NCBI GenBank assembly: GCA_964594415.1
Contig: CAZQLQ010000003.1
Span: forward strand, 6,224-70,223
Reading direction: 5' to 3'
DNA: 64,000 nt
From: an uncultured Candidatus Saccharibacteria bacterium
GTDB taxonomy: Bacteria > Patescibacteriota > CPR2 > UBA1875 > CAIMLA01
A model generated the notes under the pieces. It searched no databases, was not told the DNA's origin, and saw only the letters and a list, made by a program, of their open reading frames with translations. The position numbers were made by a program, and so were the translations under genes. Of the stretch, positions 31,440 to 41,379 are shown in pieces (the first letter of the stretch is position 1; each line of letters begins with the position of its first letter).

Positions 31440-31943
31440 TTACGCTTTCTCAATAAACCCTGCCAACGCTTCATTTATCAAGGCGTCGTCATATTTCTTG
31501 GTGTTACTTTTAAGCAAAGAGATTAGGGATTCTTCAACTAGTTTGGCAATATCATCCTTAGTGTCATTTATGATTTCTTTTTTCTTTTTTGCGCCTTCTA
31601 TTTCCGCGTTTTGAAGAATTGCTTTTGCATTTGTTTCGGCTTCAAACTTAGCGTTTTCGTTTATCAACTTAGCCTCTACCCTCGCTTCATCAATAATTTT
31701 TGAGGCTTCCGTCTTGGCACTTAAGATGACTTCCTCTTTTTTCTTTTCTATCTCGTCATATTCTCTAGCTATCTCGTCTGCCTTCTTCAAGCTCTCTTCA
31801 ATCTTTGAAGTCCGCGCATCCAAGACGTTCATCACAGGCTTATACAAAAATTTCCAAAGAATCAAGAGAAGCAAGCCGAAGTTCAATCCCTGCGCAATCA
31901 GAGATGCCGTATCTATACCTAATTTTTCAAATATAGCTCCCAT
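31440..31943 (-). CDS. atpF: ATP synthase subunit b
   Basis: Q.LNF.LL..IL.KFLYKP...LD.R plus coiled coil. Confidence 0.95.
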   Translation of the reverse strand: MGAIFEKLGIDTASLIAQGLNFGLLLLILWKFLYKPVMNVLDARTSKIEESLKKADEIAREYDEIEKKKEEVILSAKTEASKIIDEARVEAKLINENAKFEAETNAKAILQNAEIEGAKKKKEIINDTKDDIAKLVEESLISLLKSNTKKYDDALINEALAGFIEKA

Positions 31944-31951
31944 ACGAGCTC

Positions 31952-32197
<246 letters not shown>

Positions 32198-32214
32198 TTA
32201 CTTAACTTAATATA

Positions 32215-32961
32215 CTAATGTGCATCATGTGACATAGTGGCCATCGAAAAGAATACGAGTGCCAGCATCGTAAACACAAGCGCTTGGATAAAACCTACAA
32301 AAATCTCCATAATATAGAATGGCACCGGAATGATGTATGGCGTGATTACTCCCAAAACAACCAGTAATACTTCGCCTGCAAATACGTTACCAAAAAGCCT
32401 GAATGCAAATGAGATAATACGAGTAATTTCTGAGACTAACTCTAGGATACCGACAAAAAAGTTAACGGGACTAGAAAAATTTAAAAATTTCTTACCGTAC
32501 TTAAACATGCCGATAGCGGCTATCCCAAGGACCTGGGAGGCAAAAACCACAATAACCCCAAGAGCTACAGTAGTATTTAGATCAGCTGTCCCAGCACGAA
32601 AAATAGGAACTAAGACTTCTTTACCCTCAGAGTTCAGTTCATAAACTCCTATCGATCCAACCCCCGGAATTAAACCGAACCAATTATTGAAAAGTATAAA
32701 GATGAAAAAGGTCGCAATCATCGGAAATATTTTTCGAGCAAATGTCTTGTCTCTTATAATGCTATTCGTAAGATTAAATAACATCTCAATCCCAAGCTCC
32801 ATCACATTTTGTAGCCCCCTCGGGATAAGATTAATCTTCCTGGTTGCAGAAAAAGAAATCAACGAAAGAAAGACCAAAACCACAAACGTCGTAAACATGC
32901 TATTTGTAATCGTAACGGATCCTATTTCCATAAGTGGATTGGCGGTAATAGAAACATGCAT
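32215..32961 (-). CDS. atpB: ATP synthase subunit a
   Basis: SFAFRLFGNVFAGE and FIQALVF motifs. Confidence 0.97.
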   Translation of the reverse strand: MHVSITANPLMEIGSVTITNSMFTTFVVLVFLSLISFSATRKINLIPRGLQNVMELGIEMLFNLTNSIIRDKTFARKIFPMIATFFIFILFNNWFGLIPGVGSIGVYELNSEGKEVLVPIFRAGTADLNTTVALGVIVVFASQVLGIAAIGMFKYGKKFLNFSSPVNFFVGILELVSEITRIISFAFRLFGNVFAGEVLLVVLGVITPYIIPVPFYIMEIFVGFIQALVFTMLALVFFSMATMSHDAH

Positions 32962-33170
32962 TATTCACCATCCTTCATTTTGTCGATTGATTTTTTGATA
33001 CCATAAAAAGAAGTAATTAATGATAAGCCTATACCGGAAAAAAGAAAGATATGTCCCGCACTAAATCGCTTGTCTAGCCAAACTCCTAAAACTACAAAAA
33101 ATACTAATGGCAAGCTTATCCGAAAGCCAATTTCTAAAAAGTATCCGTATACATTAAAATCTTTTTTCAT
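32961..33170 (-). CDS. AtpZ/AtpI family protein
   Basis: 2 TM helices, G.WLDKRF motif; first gene of the atp operon; start at MKKDF. Confidence 0.8.
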   Translation of the reverse strand: MKKDFNVYGYFLEIGFRISLPLVFFVVLGVWLDKRFSAGHIFLFSGIGLSLITSFYGIKKSIDKMKDGE

Positions 33171-33274
33171 ACTCAAAATCCTAAATTTTTCAATACAAAA
33201 ATGCGTCACAACTATTAAAGTGGCGCATTGACTAAATTATCTTAAATTATTTTTATTTTTTTTGCAAGAACTTT

Positions 33275-33301
33275 AAAAGGCCAGTTTTTTTCTGGCCTTT
33301 T
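33275..33301 (-). terminator. Intrinsic terminator
   Basis: aaaaggccag...ctggcctttt hairpin. Confidence 0.75.
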
Positions 33302-33315
33302 ATTCTTGAAGGATT

Positions 33316-36300
33316 CTATTTAATTTCTTTTTCAAGATCGACTAATATTTTACGAGATTCTGCATTATTTATTAATTTATCTGCCTTTAGAAGCTCAAAA
33401 TAACGATTTCCCTCGTCATATATATAGACATAATCTTCTGCCTCTTCTAGCTTTAGTTTTCCGAGTAATGATAAAAACTCTTTACTAATTGCATCTTCGG
33501 TACTGTTTTCTTTTTTTGATAAGGATACAAGATAATTGTTCAGTAACAAATCCGTATTATGCCTAAAAATTTTCGGATTTTCTGGATTTAACTTTTCTGG
33601 AGATTTCCCCGTCCCAGCACCGGTGTTAGTTTCTGCCGCTTGTTGACCGCTCGGCGTGCTTGACTGTTCAGAAGAACCGTCTTCTGATGGCTTCTCTTTC
33701 TCCCATGAAACCTTTATATCTTCTGAGTTTTTATTTGTATTTCTTTCCCTTAAGGCCAATATAGGTTCCACATTTATTAACGTAAAGACGCCTTCAGGCG
33801 TAACGCTATAATCATCATCTTTAAGACCAGTGGTTTTAAGGAATTCTGCGAATTCTCCAGATTTGCCTAGAATCTCCTCTTTTGAAATATTATTGTTAAC
33901 CCAGTTGCTTTCTGAAGTAATAATCTTATCTGTTTCGCTAGTTTCTTCTTTCTCAACATTGGGTCCCGTACCCTCGCCTGTTCCTACCGGCTCAGGGCTT
34001 TCTCCCGATGGACCTTCTGGAGTTGGCGTTGGGGTAACTGGGGGAACTGGTTCTTCTTTCTTCCCCACATTCTCTAGCGGGTTTCTACGGAATGGCATAA
34101 TAGGAACATAGAATTCGCTATCTCTAGGCATCTCAAGAGTATAATCAAAAGCTTCTGGATTCGTTACCGTTACAGTATCGACACCCTTTCCTTCAGCTGT
34201 CGCTAACATTCTAACCAGATCATGGATCTGTCCGTCTTCTCCTTTTCGTCCGCCTATAACCTGAGCTACTTCGGCAAAGCGACCCTTAAAGACCACCTGT
34301 CCATCGTGGTTTTCAAAAAACATCTGTGCGAGAGGGCTATCTTTTGGAATAATTGCCTGCCCGTTTTTATCGAACTCAACTGAAGCTACATAGCGCTGCG
34401 TTTCTTCCGAAAGCGATAGGTTAAGCTTCAGATTATGGTTCTTTATTTCCTCAAGGTAATCCGCGCTCAACTCATCATGAAATGAGCCGTCAGATGTCAT
34501 ATGAGATACATCATAAACAAAGTTGCCGTTAGCATCTATGCCTAATCTTAACTCTTTTTCATTTAGTTCATAAATTCCGGAGGTATTTTCGTCATACCAT
34601 CCTCGCGGATCCCTAAATACTCTTTCAAATTCTGGTCTGTGTGATATTGCATCAATATCGGTATAAGTAGTGACTTCTCCCGACCCCTCTACTGGAGCAG
34701 TAATTAAATTGATACCTTCTTTATGAAGCATTTCTACCGTTGAAGGCGATAGAGAGCCATCGTTGTTGAATATAATGTGATCTGCTACCAGTTCGCCGGT
34801 CATTTTATTTGTTAAACTAAGTGTTCCTTCTTGATTTTTGATCAGTGCAAGTCCTTCAGGTAGATTAATTGTCGTGGATCTCCCTACTGAAACTTGATTT
34901 AAGACATCAGGATTTACTCCCAATGTTTTATCGCCTTCAAGAGAAAATGCGGTTCTATGGAAAAATGAAGTAAAATCACTATCGCCAATATAATCCGCAA
35001 ATTCATGAACAGCCCCCCCTACGATGCCCATAGTTGTAGCTGCTATAAAGCCAGCTTTCACGGCCTCTATTTTCTTAAATCTGTCTCGTTCTCCTATTTT
35101 TTGCGTATTTTCGCCCAACAAACCAGCTTTGGCATTATTAATCTTATTTCTTAACTCATTGGTGAAATTACTGCCTTCTGGAAGATTTTCAATGAGCGCT
35201 TCTTCAGCTTTGGCAACAGCTTCGTCTAAAGCATTTCTCTCTCTTTGGTTAAATATTCTTGAATAAGTAATATAAGGCGCGTCATATTCGTCGCTAGCTT
35301 CTATTCTTGCCCTTATATCAACAACTTTTTCCGTCAAAATCTGCCTCAGCTCAGGACTTAATTCTCCCTTACTTAGAATCTCGTTAATTTCTGTAACCGA
35401 AGAATTGGAACTTTTTCCTTCTACTCTGAACTGTTCCATTCTTTCGCGACCCTTAGAGCCAGATAAAATCTCTCCTCCTGCCTCCATTTCACGAGAGTGC
35501 ATAGCAAAGTCTCTCTCAACCTCCTTGCCCTTTCTGGCGACACCGTAAGCAAAGCCTAATAACGATGAGGCTCCGAGTGTTCCTATTTTTGCAGCGTTGC
35601 TTCTAACTAATCTTTCAGTAGTGAAAGTAGCTGCGGAATAAATCAATCCAGCCGCTATGCCTATAGTTGCAGGCTCTAGTGCAGAACTCCAAAATCTGCT
35701 TTGCTGTAGCCCTTCAACAAATTTGTCAAAACCGTTTAAATTTTCTTTGGCTCTTAAATTGCCTCGAACATTGCCTAAAATAACCGAGAAATCCATGTCT
35801 AGTTCGGAAAGAGCTTTTTCGTGATCTTGACTTCCTTTGATACTATCGGCAACTTCAAGAAGATTGTCAACGATATCTTCTTTTTTAAACATTAATTTCC
35901 TATCTTTAATATATGCGGAGTCCAGTAGTTCAAACTTTATTTTCTCAAAAGCGTTTTCGTCTATTTCGCCATTCACATAATGTTTTATAAGATCTTTAAT
36001 GCTGTTGTTAAAATCCTCGTTTGCTTCTTCCCTGTTTTCGCCATAGTGTAGAGCCTCGTCGGCACTTGTAGCCAATCTTTCAGCAGCAGCTTTTCTGTCC
36101 TCTTGAAACTCTTCATTCTTATCAAGTGAACCGCTGTTAATTTGCTCTCTATATTTGTTGATGGCCTTTTGTCTTTCATATTCCTCAAATACTCGCCAAT
36201 ACATTCTTCCAAAGATACCTCTTATGCCCTTCTCTCTTATTTTATTTTGTTCTTTGGTAATTTCTTTGTCTGCATAATATCTTGCCACATCTTCATTGAT

Positions 36301-36915
36301 TTCTTTGGCATCAACAGCATAAAGAGGGGTTTTTTTAGCCTCATCCTCGGCTTCGTTACTTTCGGCTTCCTCTAGTTTCGTTGTTGGGTTTTCATTATCT
36401 TGCCCCTGCTGTTGTTTATCTTCTGATTGCTGCTTATTGGTGTTTTCGATGCCTTGCTCTTCCTGAAGACGATCTATAAAAGTTTGCATACGCTCACCCT
36501 GAAGTTCGTCTTCCGTTTTTTGAGTATTGGAATTACTTGATGACTGCTCTTCCTGAAGACGATCTATAAAAGCTTGCATACGCTCACCCTGAAGTTCGTC
36601 TTCCGTTTTTCCGACAGCGGAAGTATCAGACAGTTTCTCCTCGGGAACGGGTTGCGCATAACCTTCGCTTACCGGATCAATATCCTCGTAATCAATAGGT
36701 TGGTAGCCATAATGTTCACTTGATTTATTATCTTCATCTTCGTCAATATAGTCTATTGGCTTATATCCCTTTTCTTTCTCATTGGCAATACCATAGGCAA
36801 TCTTAATATATTCGTCGCCTTCAGGCTCTGGTAAAATATTTTTTACCAGATCTTCATTTGATGGAGCTTTTTGCTCACCAGAAAAGGCCCCTGGGTTATT
36901 ATTCATCTCGCTCAT
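33316..36915 (-). CDS. Large (1199 aa) hypothetical protein with acidic repeats, Gly-rich hydrophobic helices and a Pro-rich linker
   Basis: Long uninterrupted ORF; no recognisable catalytic motif. Confidence 0.8.
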   Translation of the reverse strand: MSEMNNNPGAFSGEQKAPSNEDLVKNILPEPEGDEYIKIAYGIANEKEKGYKPIDYIDEDEDNKSSEHYGYQPIDYEDIDPVSEGYAQPVPEEKLSDTSAVGKTEDELQGERMQAFIDRLQEEQSSSNSNTQKTEDELQGERMQTFIDRLQEEQGIENTNKQQSEDKQQQGQDNENPTTKLEEAESNEAEDEAKKTPLYAVDAKEINEDVARYYADKEITKEQNKIREKGIRGIFGRMYWRVFEEYERQKAINKYREQINSGSLDKNEEFQEDRKAAAERLATSADEALHYGENREEANEDFNNSIKDLIKHYVNGEIDENAFEKIKFELLDSAYIKDRKLMFKKEDIVDNLLEVADSIKGSQDHEKALSELDMDFSVILGNVRGNLRAKENLNGFDKFVEGLQQSRFWSSALEPATIGIAAGLIYSAATFTTERLVRSNAAKIGTLGASSLLGFAYGVARKGKEVERDFAMHSREMEAGGEILSGSKGRERMEQFRVEGKSSNSSVTEINEILSKGELSPELRQILTEKVVDIRARIEASDEYDAPYITYSRIFNQRERNALDEAVAKAEEALIENLPEGSNFTNELRNKINNAKAGLLGENTQKIGERDRFKKIEAVKAGFIAATTMGIVGGAVHEFADYIGDSDFTSFFHRTAFSLEGDKTLGVNPDVLNQVSVGRSTTINLPEGLALIKNQEGTLSLTNKMTGELVADHIIFNNDGSLSPSTVEMLHKEGINLITAPVEGSGEVTTYTDIDAISHRPEFERVFRDPRGWYDENTSGIYELNEKELRLGIDANGNFVYDVSHMTSDGSFHDELSADYLEEIKNHNLKLNLSLSEETQRYVASVEFDKNGQAIIPKDSPLAQMFFENHDGQVVFKGRFAEVAQVIGGRKGEDGQIHDLVRMLATAEGKGVDTVTVTNPEAFDYTLEMPRDSEFYVPIMPFRRNPLENVGKKEEPVPPVTPTPTPEGPSGESPEPVGTGEGTGPNVEKEETSETDKIITSESNWVNNNISKEEILGKSGEFAEFLKTTGLKDDDYSVTPEGVFTLINVEPILALRERNTNKNSEDIKVSWEKEKPSEDGSSEQSSTPSGQQAAETNTGAGTGKSPEKLNPENPKIFRHNTDLLLNNYLVSLSKKENSTEDAISKEFLSLLGKLKLEEAEDYVYIYDEGNRYFELLKADKLINNAESRKILVDLEKEIK
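36455..36610. repeat. 66-bp intragenic direct repeat, two copies 90 bp apart
   Basis: 36455-36520 and 36545-36610, one mismatch; encodes KTEDELQGERMQ(A/T)FIDRLQEEQ. Confidence 0.9.
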
Positions 36916-36918
36916 TTT

Positions 36919-37212
36919 CTACCCCAAGTACTTCTGTCTAAATTCCACAAGAAGATTAGCTGTAAATTGTGGATAGTTTGAAATATTATTTTTGAAGAAG
37001 TTTGATATTTCTTCCGGAGAGCTCTCGCTCATTTTACTAATTTCGTCCAATTTATCCTCCGTAAGAGCCTCTAGAGATTTTGCTATGAAAAAATTATTTA
37101 GTCGCTCCTCGAGATCAGATTTCATTTGGTCCCTCATTTCTGCTGGTAACTTTTGGCTTAATCCGCGCTCCTCCATCAGGAGCTCAAGATAATCATTTAT
37201 TTCTTTATTCAT
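36919..37212 (-). CDS. DUF5663-like small acidic helical protein
   Basis: 97 aa; L.E.L..DLEERL...FF..NI.NY pattern recalled from CPR proteins. Confidence 0.6.
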   Translation of the reverse strand: MNKEINDYLELLMEERGLSQKLPAEMRDQMKSDLEERLNNFFIAKSLEALTEDKLDEISKMSESSPEEISNFFKNNISNYPQFTANLLVEFRQKYLG

Positions 37213-37329
37213 TTTCCCCTCACTTTAAACTCTGTTTAAATTATATTCTCTTGAAAATTTCAGTCAACGACTTCTACAATGCCAATTAATCAATAACTAA
37301 AAGTGATTTCATTATAATGAAACAACGGA

Positions 37330-37755
37330 TTAAAAAATATTTTTCCAATCAATGTAAGCACCGCCGATAAAAGACCCCGCCTGTTCGCTCTTAATGGATT
37401 CAGATATTACATACCCCCCAAGAAGCAGTGAGATTATTATAGTGATAGAACCTAGAACTATTCCAGCTATGGCAAATGCTTTTTTATTTGACTTTACCGT
37501 CATAGTCCCAAAAACGATAGATAGAATACCGATAATCAGACCTACAGGCGGATAGATCCAAGCAACTATGCCAAGAATTCCCAAAACAAGCGAAGCAATA
37601 GCTTTCCCTCCTCCTTCTGGAATAGGAGCAGTAGATGGTTCATTTTGACTTACTTCGGACGTCCCCCGAGTCGCTGTATTTACTACCGGTGCCCCGCAGT
37701 TGCCGCAGAAAGATGCCCCCGCATCAAGCTCTTGTCCACATTTAACACAGTTCAT
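37330..37755 (-). CDS. Zinc-ribbon + DUF4190 membrane protein
   Basis: CVKCG...FCGNCG; AIASLVLGI...AIAGIVLG. Confidence 0.85.
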   Translation of the reverse strand: MNCVKCGQELDAGASFCGNCGAPVVNTATRGTSEVSQNEPSTAPIPEGGGKAIASLVLGILGIVAWIYPPVGLIIGILSIVFGTMTVKSNKKAFAIAGIVLGSITIIISLLLGGYVISESIKSEQAGSFIGGAYIDWKNIF

Positions 37756-37785
37756 TGTCCTCCTCTATAACCTTTTATATGTATT

Positions 37786-38607
37786 TTACAGCTTTTTACC
37801 ACAATATTCACAGAATAAACTCTTGTTTATGTTTTTACGACCGCAATATCTACAATAGTTATTTCTACCCGAGATGCTAATACCCTCTCTTCTGTCACTA
37901 TCATTGGATAAAATATAAAAAACAAAAAGCCCCGCCGCTAAAAGCAAAGTAATAATCAGAGAAACAAGCAGAAAAAATAATATTTGGGAGTCCAACCCAA
38001 AATTATATAAAGCATGCATAATGGTCACAGATAATAGCGCAAGAATAGTACTTAAAAAAGAATTGTTATCAATTTTCTTTTTAGCAAAGAAGAAGCCTAC
38101 AGCAGCCGTACTAGCACCATGAAAAATAGGAACCGTTATTGCTCTTAGTATTCCAACTTCTGGACCATAAATAAATGTATAAGTAAGGTTCTCAAACAAA
38201 CCAAAGGTCAATCCGCAAATAGCAAAATAAATAATCCCGTCATTATGCTCATTAAAATATTTTTTATTATAAATGTATAAAGCTAGTGGCAAAAATTTCG
38301 CAAATTCCTCAATCGTACCAACAAACACAGACTTTACTAAAATAACCTGGATAATATCAGCAAAACTTCTGGACCATAAATCAGTCAGATACTCCACTCC
38401 AACAGAAAGCATTATTGCAAAAATTCCAAAAGCAAATGCCACCCATAAGGCTCCAATCGGTTCTTTGGGCCCCCTGTCATGGGAAACTAAATACCAAATT
38501 AACGTAGCGAAGATTACTAGAAATATTAAAGTCACTATGCATAACATATAAAAAATAATAACATAATTCATTAATCTTTTTTCGCAAAAAATAATATTGT
38601 CAAACAA
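37786..38607 (-). CDS. PrsW-family intramembrane glutamic protease with C-terminal zinc ribbon
   Basis: EEFAK, F.LFEN, H and HALYN motifs; CRYCG...CEYCG tail. Confidence 0.9.
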   Translation of the reverse strand: MFDNIIFCEKRLMNYVIIFYMLCIVTLIFLVIFATLIWYLVSHDRGPKEPIGALWVAFAFGIFAIMLSVGVEYLTDLWSRSFADIIQVILVKSVFVGTIEEFAKFLPLALYIYNKKYFNEHNDGIIYFAICGLTFGLFENLTYTFIYGPEVGILRAITVPIFHGASTAAVGFFFAKKKIDNNSFLSTILALLSVTIMHALYNFGLDSQILFFLLVSLIITLLLAAGLFVFYILSNDSDRREGISISGRNNYCRYCGRKNINKSLFCEYCGKKL

Positions 38608-38649
38608 AACCTTTTTTTTATTTTTCTTTTTTTGATATAATTTCTATAA

Positions 38650-38931
38650 GTGAGAACTAATATTAAAAAGGAGGGTAAATTGTTCAAATACCAATCAAAA
38701 GACAACTACACAAACCTCGAGAAAGGGATTGTGTATGGATTGTTCTTTGGTGGCGCAATCGGTTTTTTACTGTATAAGGCTAATGGGTACTGCATAACGA
38801 CAAATGTGACTTATATGCTTGCAGCTCCAGCTATCGGCCTTGTGGCAGGAATTATTATCGGTGGTAGCATCCCTGAAGGAAAGACTGCAGCCAAGAAAGC
38901 AGTTTCAAAACCAAAGAAAAAGAAAAAATAG
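38650..38931 (+). CDS. Small 2-TM protein with Lys-rich tail
   Basis: Gly-zipper-like helices; followed by terminator at 38945-38978. Confidence 0.65.
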   Translation: MRTNIKKEGKLFKYQSKDNYTNLEKGIVYGLFFGGAIGFLLYKANGYCITTNVTYMLAAPAIGLVAGIIIGGSIPEGKTAAKKAVSKPKKKKK

Positions 38932-39018
38932 TCTTTATAAAGAGAAAAAAAGAACGTATTAAGATACGTTCTTTTTTTGATTGACTTATCATAAAAATAG
39001 GTATAATTTAAGATTATT

Positions 39019-39783
39019 ATGATTTCTGATTATATTTATCCAGACATAAAAGATAAGCTAGTAAACACCTTTATCGAGCAGTATGAGGTCGAGGAAGGTG
39101 GTTGGGAGAAAGAAGAAACCTCCACTCTTGAAATTGCAGAGAAGTATCTTCGTATTTTTAACGGCTCGAATAGTTCTTTTCTGGATGCCGGATGCGGTAA
39201 TGGTAGATTGATTAAGGTTTTTGAAAAATATTTCTCTACAGTAATTGCCATAGACCCTGATGAATCAAGGCTAAAAGAAGCACAGGAAAATATTAAGGAA
39301 TTCGGTATTCAGACCAAAACAACAACTTTGAGATCCTCGATCGAGGATTTTTCTTTTGAACATAAGTTCAACACCATATTATGTGCATATGTTTTACACA
39401 TTGTCAGCAACGCTGCTGCTGAATCTATCATAAAAAAGCTGTTTAATATGCTGGAAGAAGATGGAATACTACTCTTGCTAACCTCGTGGTCACCGGAGGT
39501 TTATGATAAATACTCAAAGGCTTATTTTGAAAAATCTAGGTTTGTCGACAAAGAAATTAATATCACAGAGTTTGAAGAGCTCATAAAGGCGGGTAAGCCA
39601 AATATATTGCCTATACACTCATTTTGCACGGATCATCTAAAGAGAGTTATAGACTCAAATGGTTTCGAACTAGTAAACATCAAGCCTTTTCATAGTACTA
39701 AAATTCATAATAATCCAGTAGACATCATGTTAGTCTTAAGAAAACCCAAAAAATCTCCGTATACCTATAGTTATAATTCATAA
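39019..39783 (+). CDS. Class I SAM-dependent methyltransferase
   Basis: FLDAGCGNG motif I, AID motif. Confidence 0.85.
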   Translation: MISDYIYPDIKDKLVNTFIEQYEVEEGGWEKEETSTLEIAEKYLRIFNGSNSSFLDAGCGNGRLIKVFEKYFSTVIAIDPDESRLKEAQENIKEFGIQTKTTTLRSSIEDFSFEHKFNTILCAYVLHIVSNAAAESIIKKLFNMLEEDGILLLLTSWSPEVYDKYSKAYFEKSRFVDKEINITEFEELIKAGKPNILPIHSFCTDHLKRVIDSNGFELVNIKPFHSTKIHNNPVDIMLVLRKPKKSPYTYSYNS

Positions 39784-39806
39784 TAAGAACTTCAAAGGGA
39801 GGATCG

Positions 39807-40319
39807 ATGGACGCCATTAACAATATAATGACAAGGCGAAGTATTCGTGTGTTCAATGAAGAGCAAGTACCAGAATCTAAGATAGAAATAATCCTAAAGG
39901 CTGCTATGCAAGCACCAACAGCAAAAAATGTTCAGCCTTGGCATTTTGTAATCATAAAAGACCGAGAAACTCTTTCAAAGATTGCGAGTTTTCACCCGAC
40001 TGCACCAATGGCTGCAAATGCGCCGCTCGCTATAACAATATGCGGAGACACAACCTCAAAAATAGCACCTGATTGCTGGGTTTTAGACTGTGCAGCTGCC
40101 TCCGAAAACTTGCTGCTTGCAGCACACGCGATCGGTCTCGGAGCTGTTTGGACAGCAAATTATCCGATTAAAGACATTCAAATTTTTATGAAGAAGCTAC
40201 TGAATTTGCCTGAAAACATTGAGGCACATTCTACAATAATTCTCGGGTACCCAGGCCATCCCTACAATCCTCCCAAAGAGCGTTACAACTACGAAAGAAT
40301 TCATCAAGAAAAATGGTGA
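39807..40319 (+). CDS. Nitroreductase family flavoprotein
   Basis: RRSIR, APTA.N.QPWHF and LLAAHAIGLGAVW motifs. Confidence 0.93.
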   Translation: MDAINNIMTRRSIRVFNEEQVPESKIEIILKAAMQAPTAKNVQPWHFVIIKDRETLSKIASFHPTAPMAANAPLAITICGDTTSKIAPDCWVLDCAAASENLLLAAHAIGLGAVWTANYPIKDIQIFMKKLLNLPENIEAHSTIILGYPGHPYNPPKERYNYERIHQEKW

Positions 40320-40373
40320 AATATTAACAAAAACCTTAAATAAGAATTTGTTTTTATGCTATAATTTTTCTAT

Positions 40374-41378
40374 ATGGAAGAACTACTTCAAAAAATCAAA
40401 AAGGCAAAACTTGTGGGTAGAGGGGGTGCAGAATTTCCAACTTATAAGAAGTGGGAAATGGTACGTTCTGCTCTTAGTGATAAAAAGTTTGTTATATGCA
40501 ATGCTAGCGAAGGCGAAATTGGTATATATAAAGATATCTGTATTCTAAATAATTACCCTGAGAGAGTCATGGACGGCATCATTCTAGCCCTAGACTTTTT
40601 GGAAGCCAACGAGGCCTATATAAACATCAACAAAAAATACTGGAAACAAGTCAAACAAAAATTTACACCAATTATTAATAAATATGAAATTTTAGGATAC
40701 AAAATAAATATTTTCGAAGAAGATCCCAGCTATATCGGCGGTGAAGAAACGGCTCTACTAAATGCAATCGAGGGACACAGGACTGAACCCAGACTGAAAC
40801 CACCTTTTCCGTCTGAAGTAGGACTGCACGGCCATCCAACGCTTATCCATAACGTAGAAACGCTCTATAACATCTCCTTAGTTAATGATGGATTATATAA
40901 GAATAACCGTTTTTATTGTATATCTGGTAAGGTAAAAAAACCTGGCGTGCACGTACTTTCAGAAAATCTGACTATTGCGGAAATATTAGATAAAACTGGA
41001 AATACTCCAAAATTTAATTTTTTTGTTCAAATTGGCGGAAGTGCTAGTGGACTAGTGCTGAACCAAGACCAGATAAAAAATCAGAGAATGATTGGAGCAG
41101 GTTCAATAGATGTTTATCCGATTTCAACTCCCCCTCGCTATATGTTTGACAAATGGTTTGATTTTTACCAAAAAGAGAGTTGTGGGAAATGCACCCCTTG
41201 CCGCGAAGGAACTTTTCAGCTTTATAAGATGGTAAAGGAAGAATGTGAATCCGACTTGAAATCAATGCTTGAAATAATAGAACTAATGGAAACCGCCTCT
41301 TTCTGTGCCTTAGGCAGGTCAATAGCAATTCCCGTAAAAAGTTATATCAAAAATGTTTTAAATTACAGAAAAAAGTAA
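40374..41378 (+). CDS. Minimal NuoF/HydB-like flavin-FeS subunit
   Basis: GRGGAEFPT, NASEGE, GEETALL and SCGKCTPCREG...C motifs. Confidence 0.88.
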   Translation: MEELLQKIKKAKLVGRGGAEFPTYKKWEMVRSALSDKKFVICNASEGEIGIYKDICILNNYPERVMDGIILALDFLEANEAYININKKYWKQVKQKFTPIINKYEILGYKINIFEEDPSYIGGEETALLNAIEGHRTEPRLKPPFPSEVGLHGHPTLIHNVETLYNISLVNDGLYKNNRFYCISGKVKKPGVHVLSENLTIAEILDKTGNTPKFNFFVQIGGSASGLVLNQDQIKNQRMIGAGSIDVYPISTPPRYMFDKWFDFYQKESCGKCTPCREGTFQLYKMVKEECESDLKSMLEIIELMETASFCALGRSIAIPVKSYIKNVLNYRKK

Positions 41379-41379
41379 T

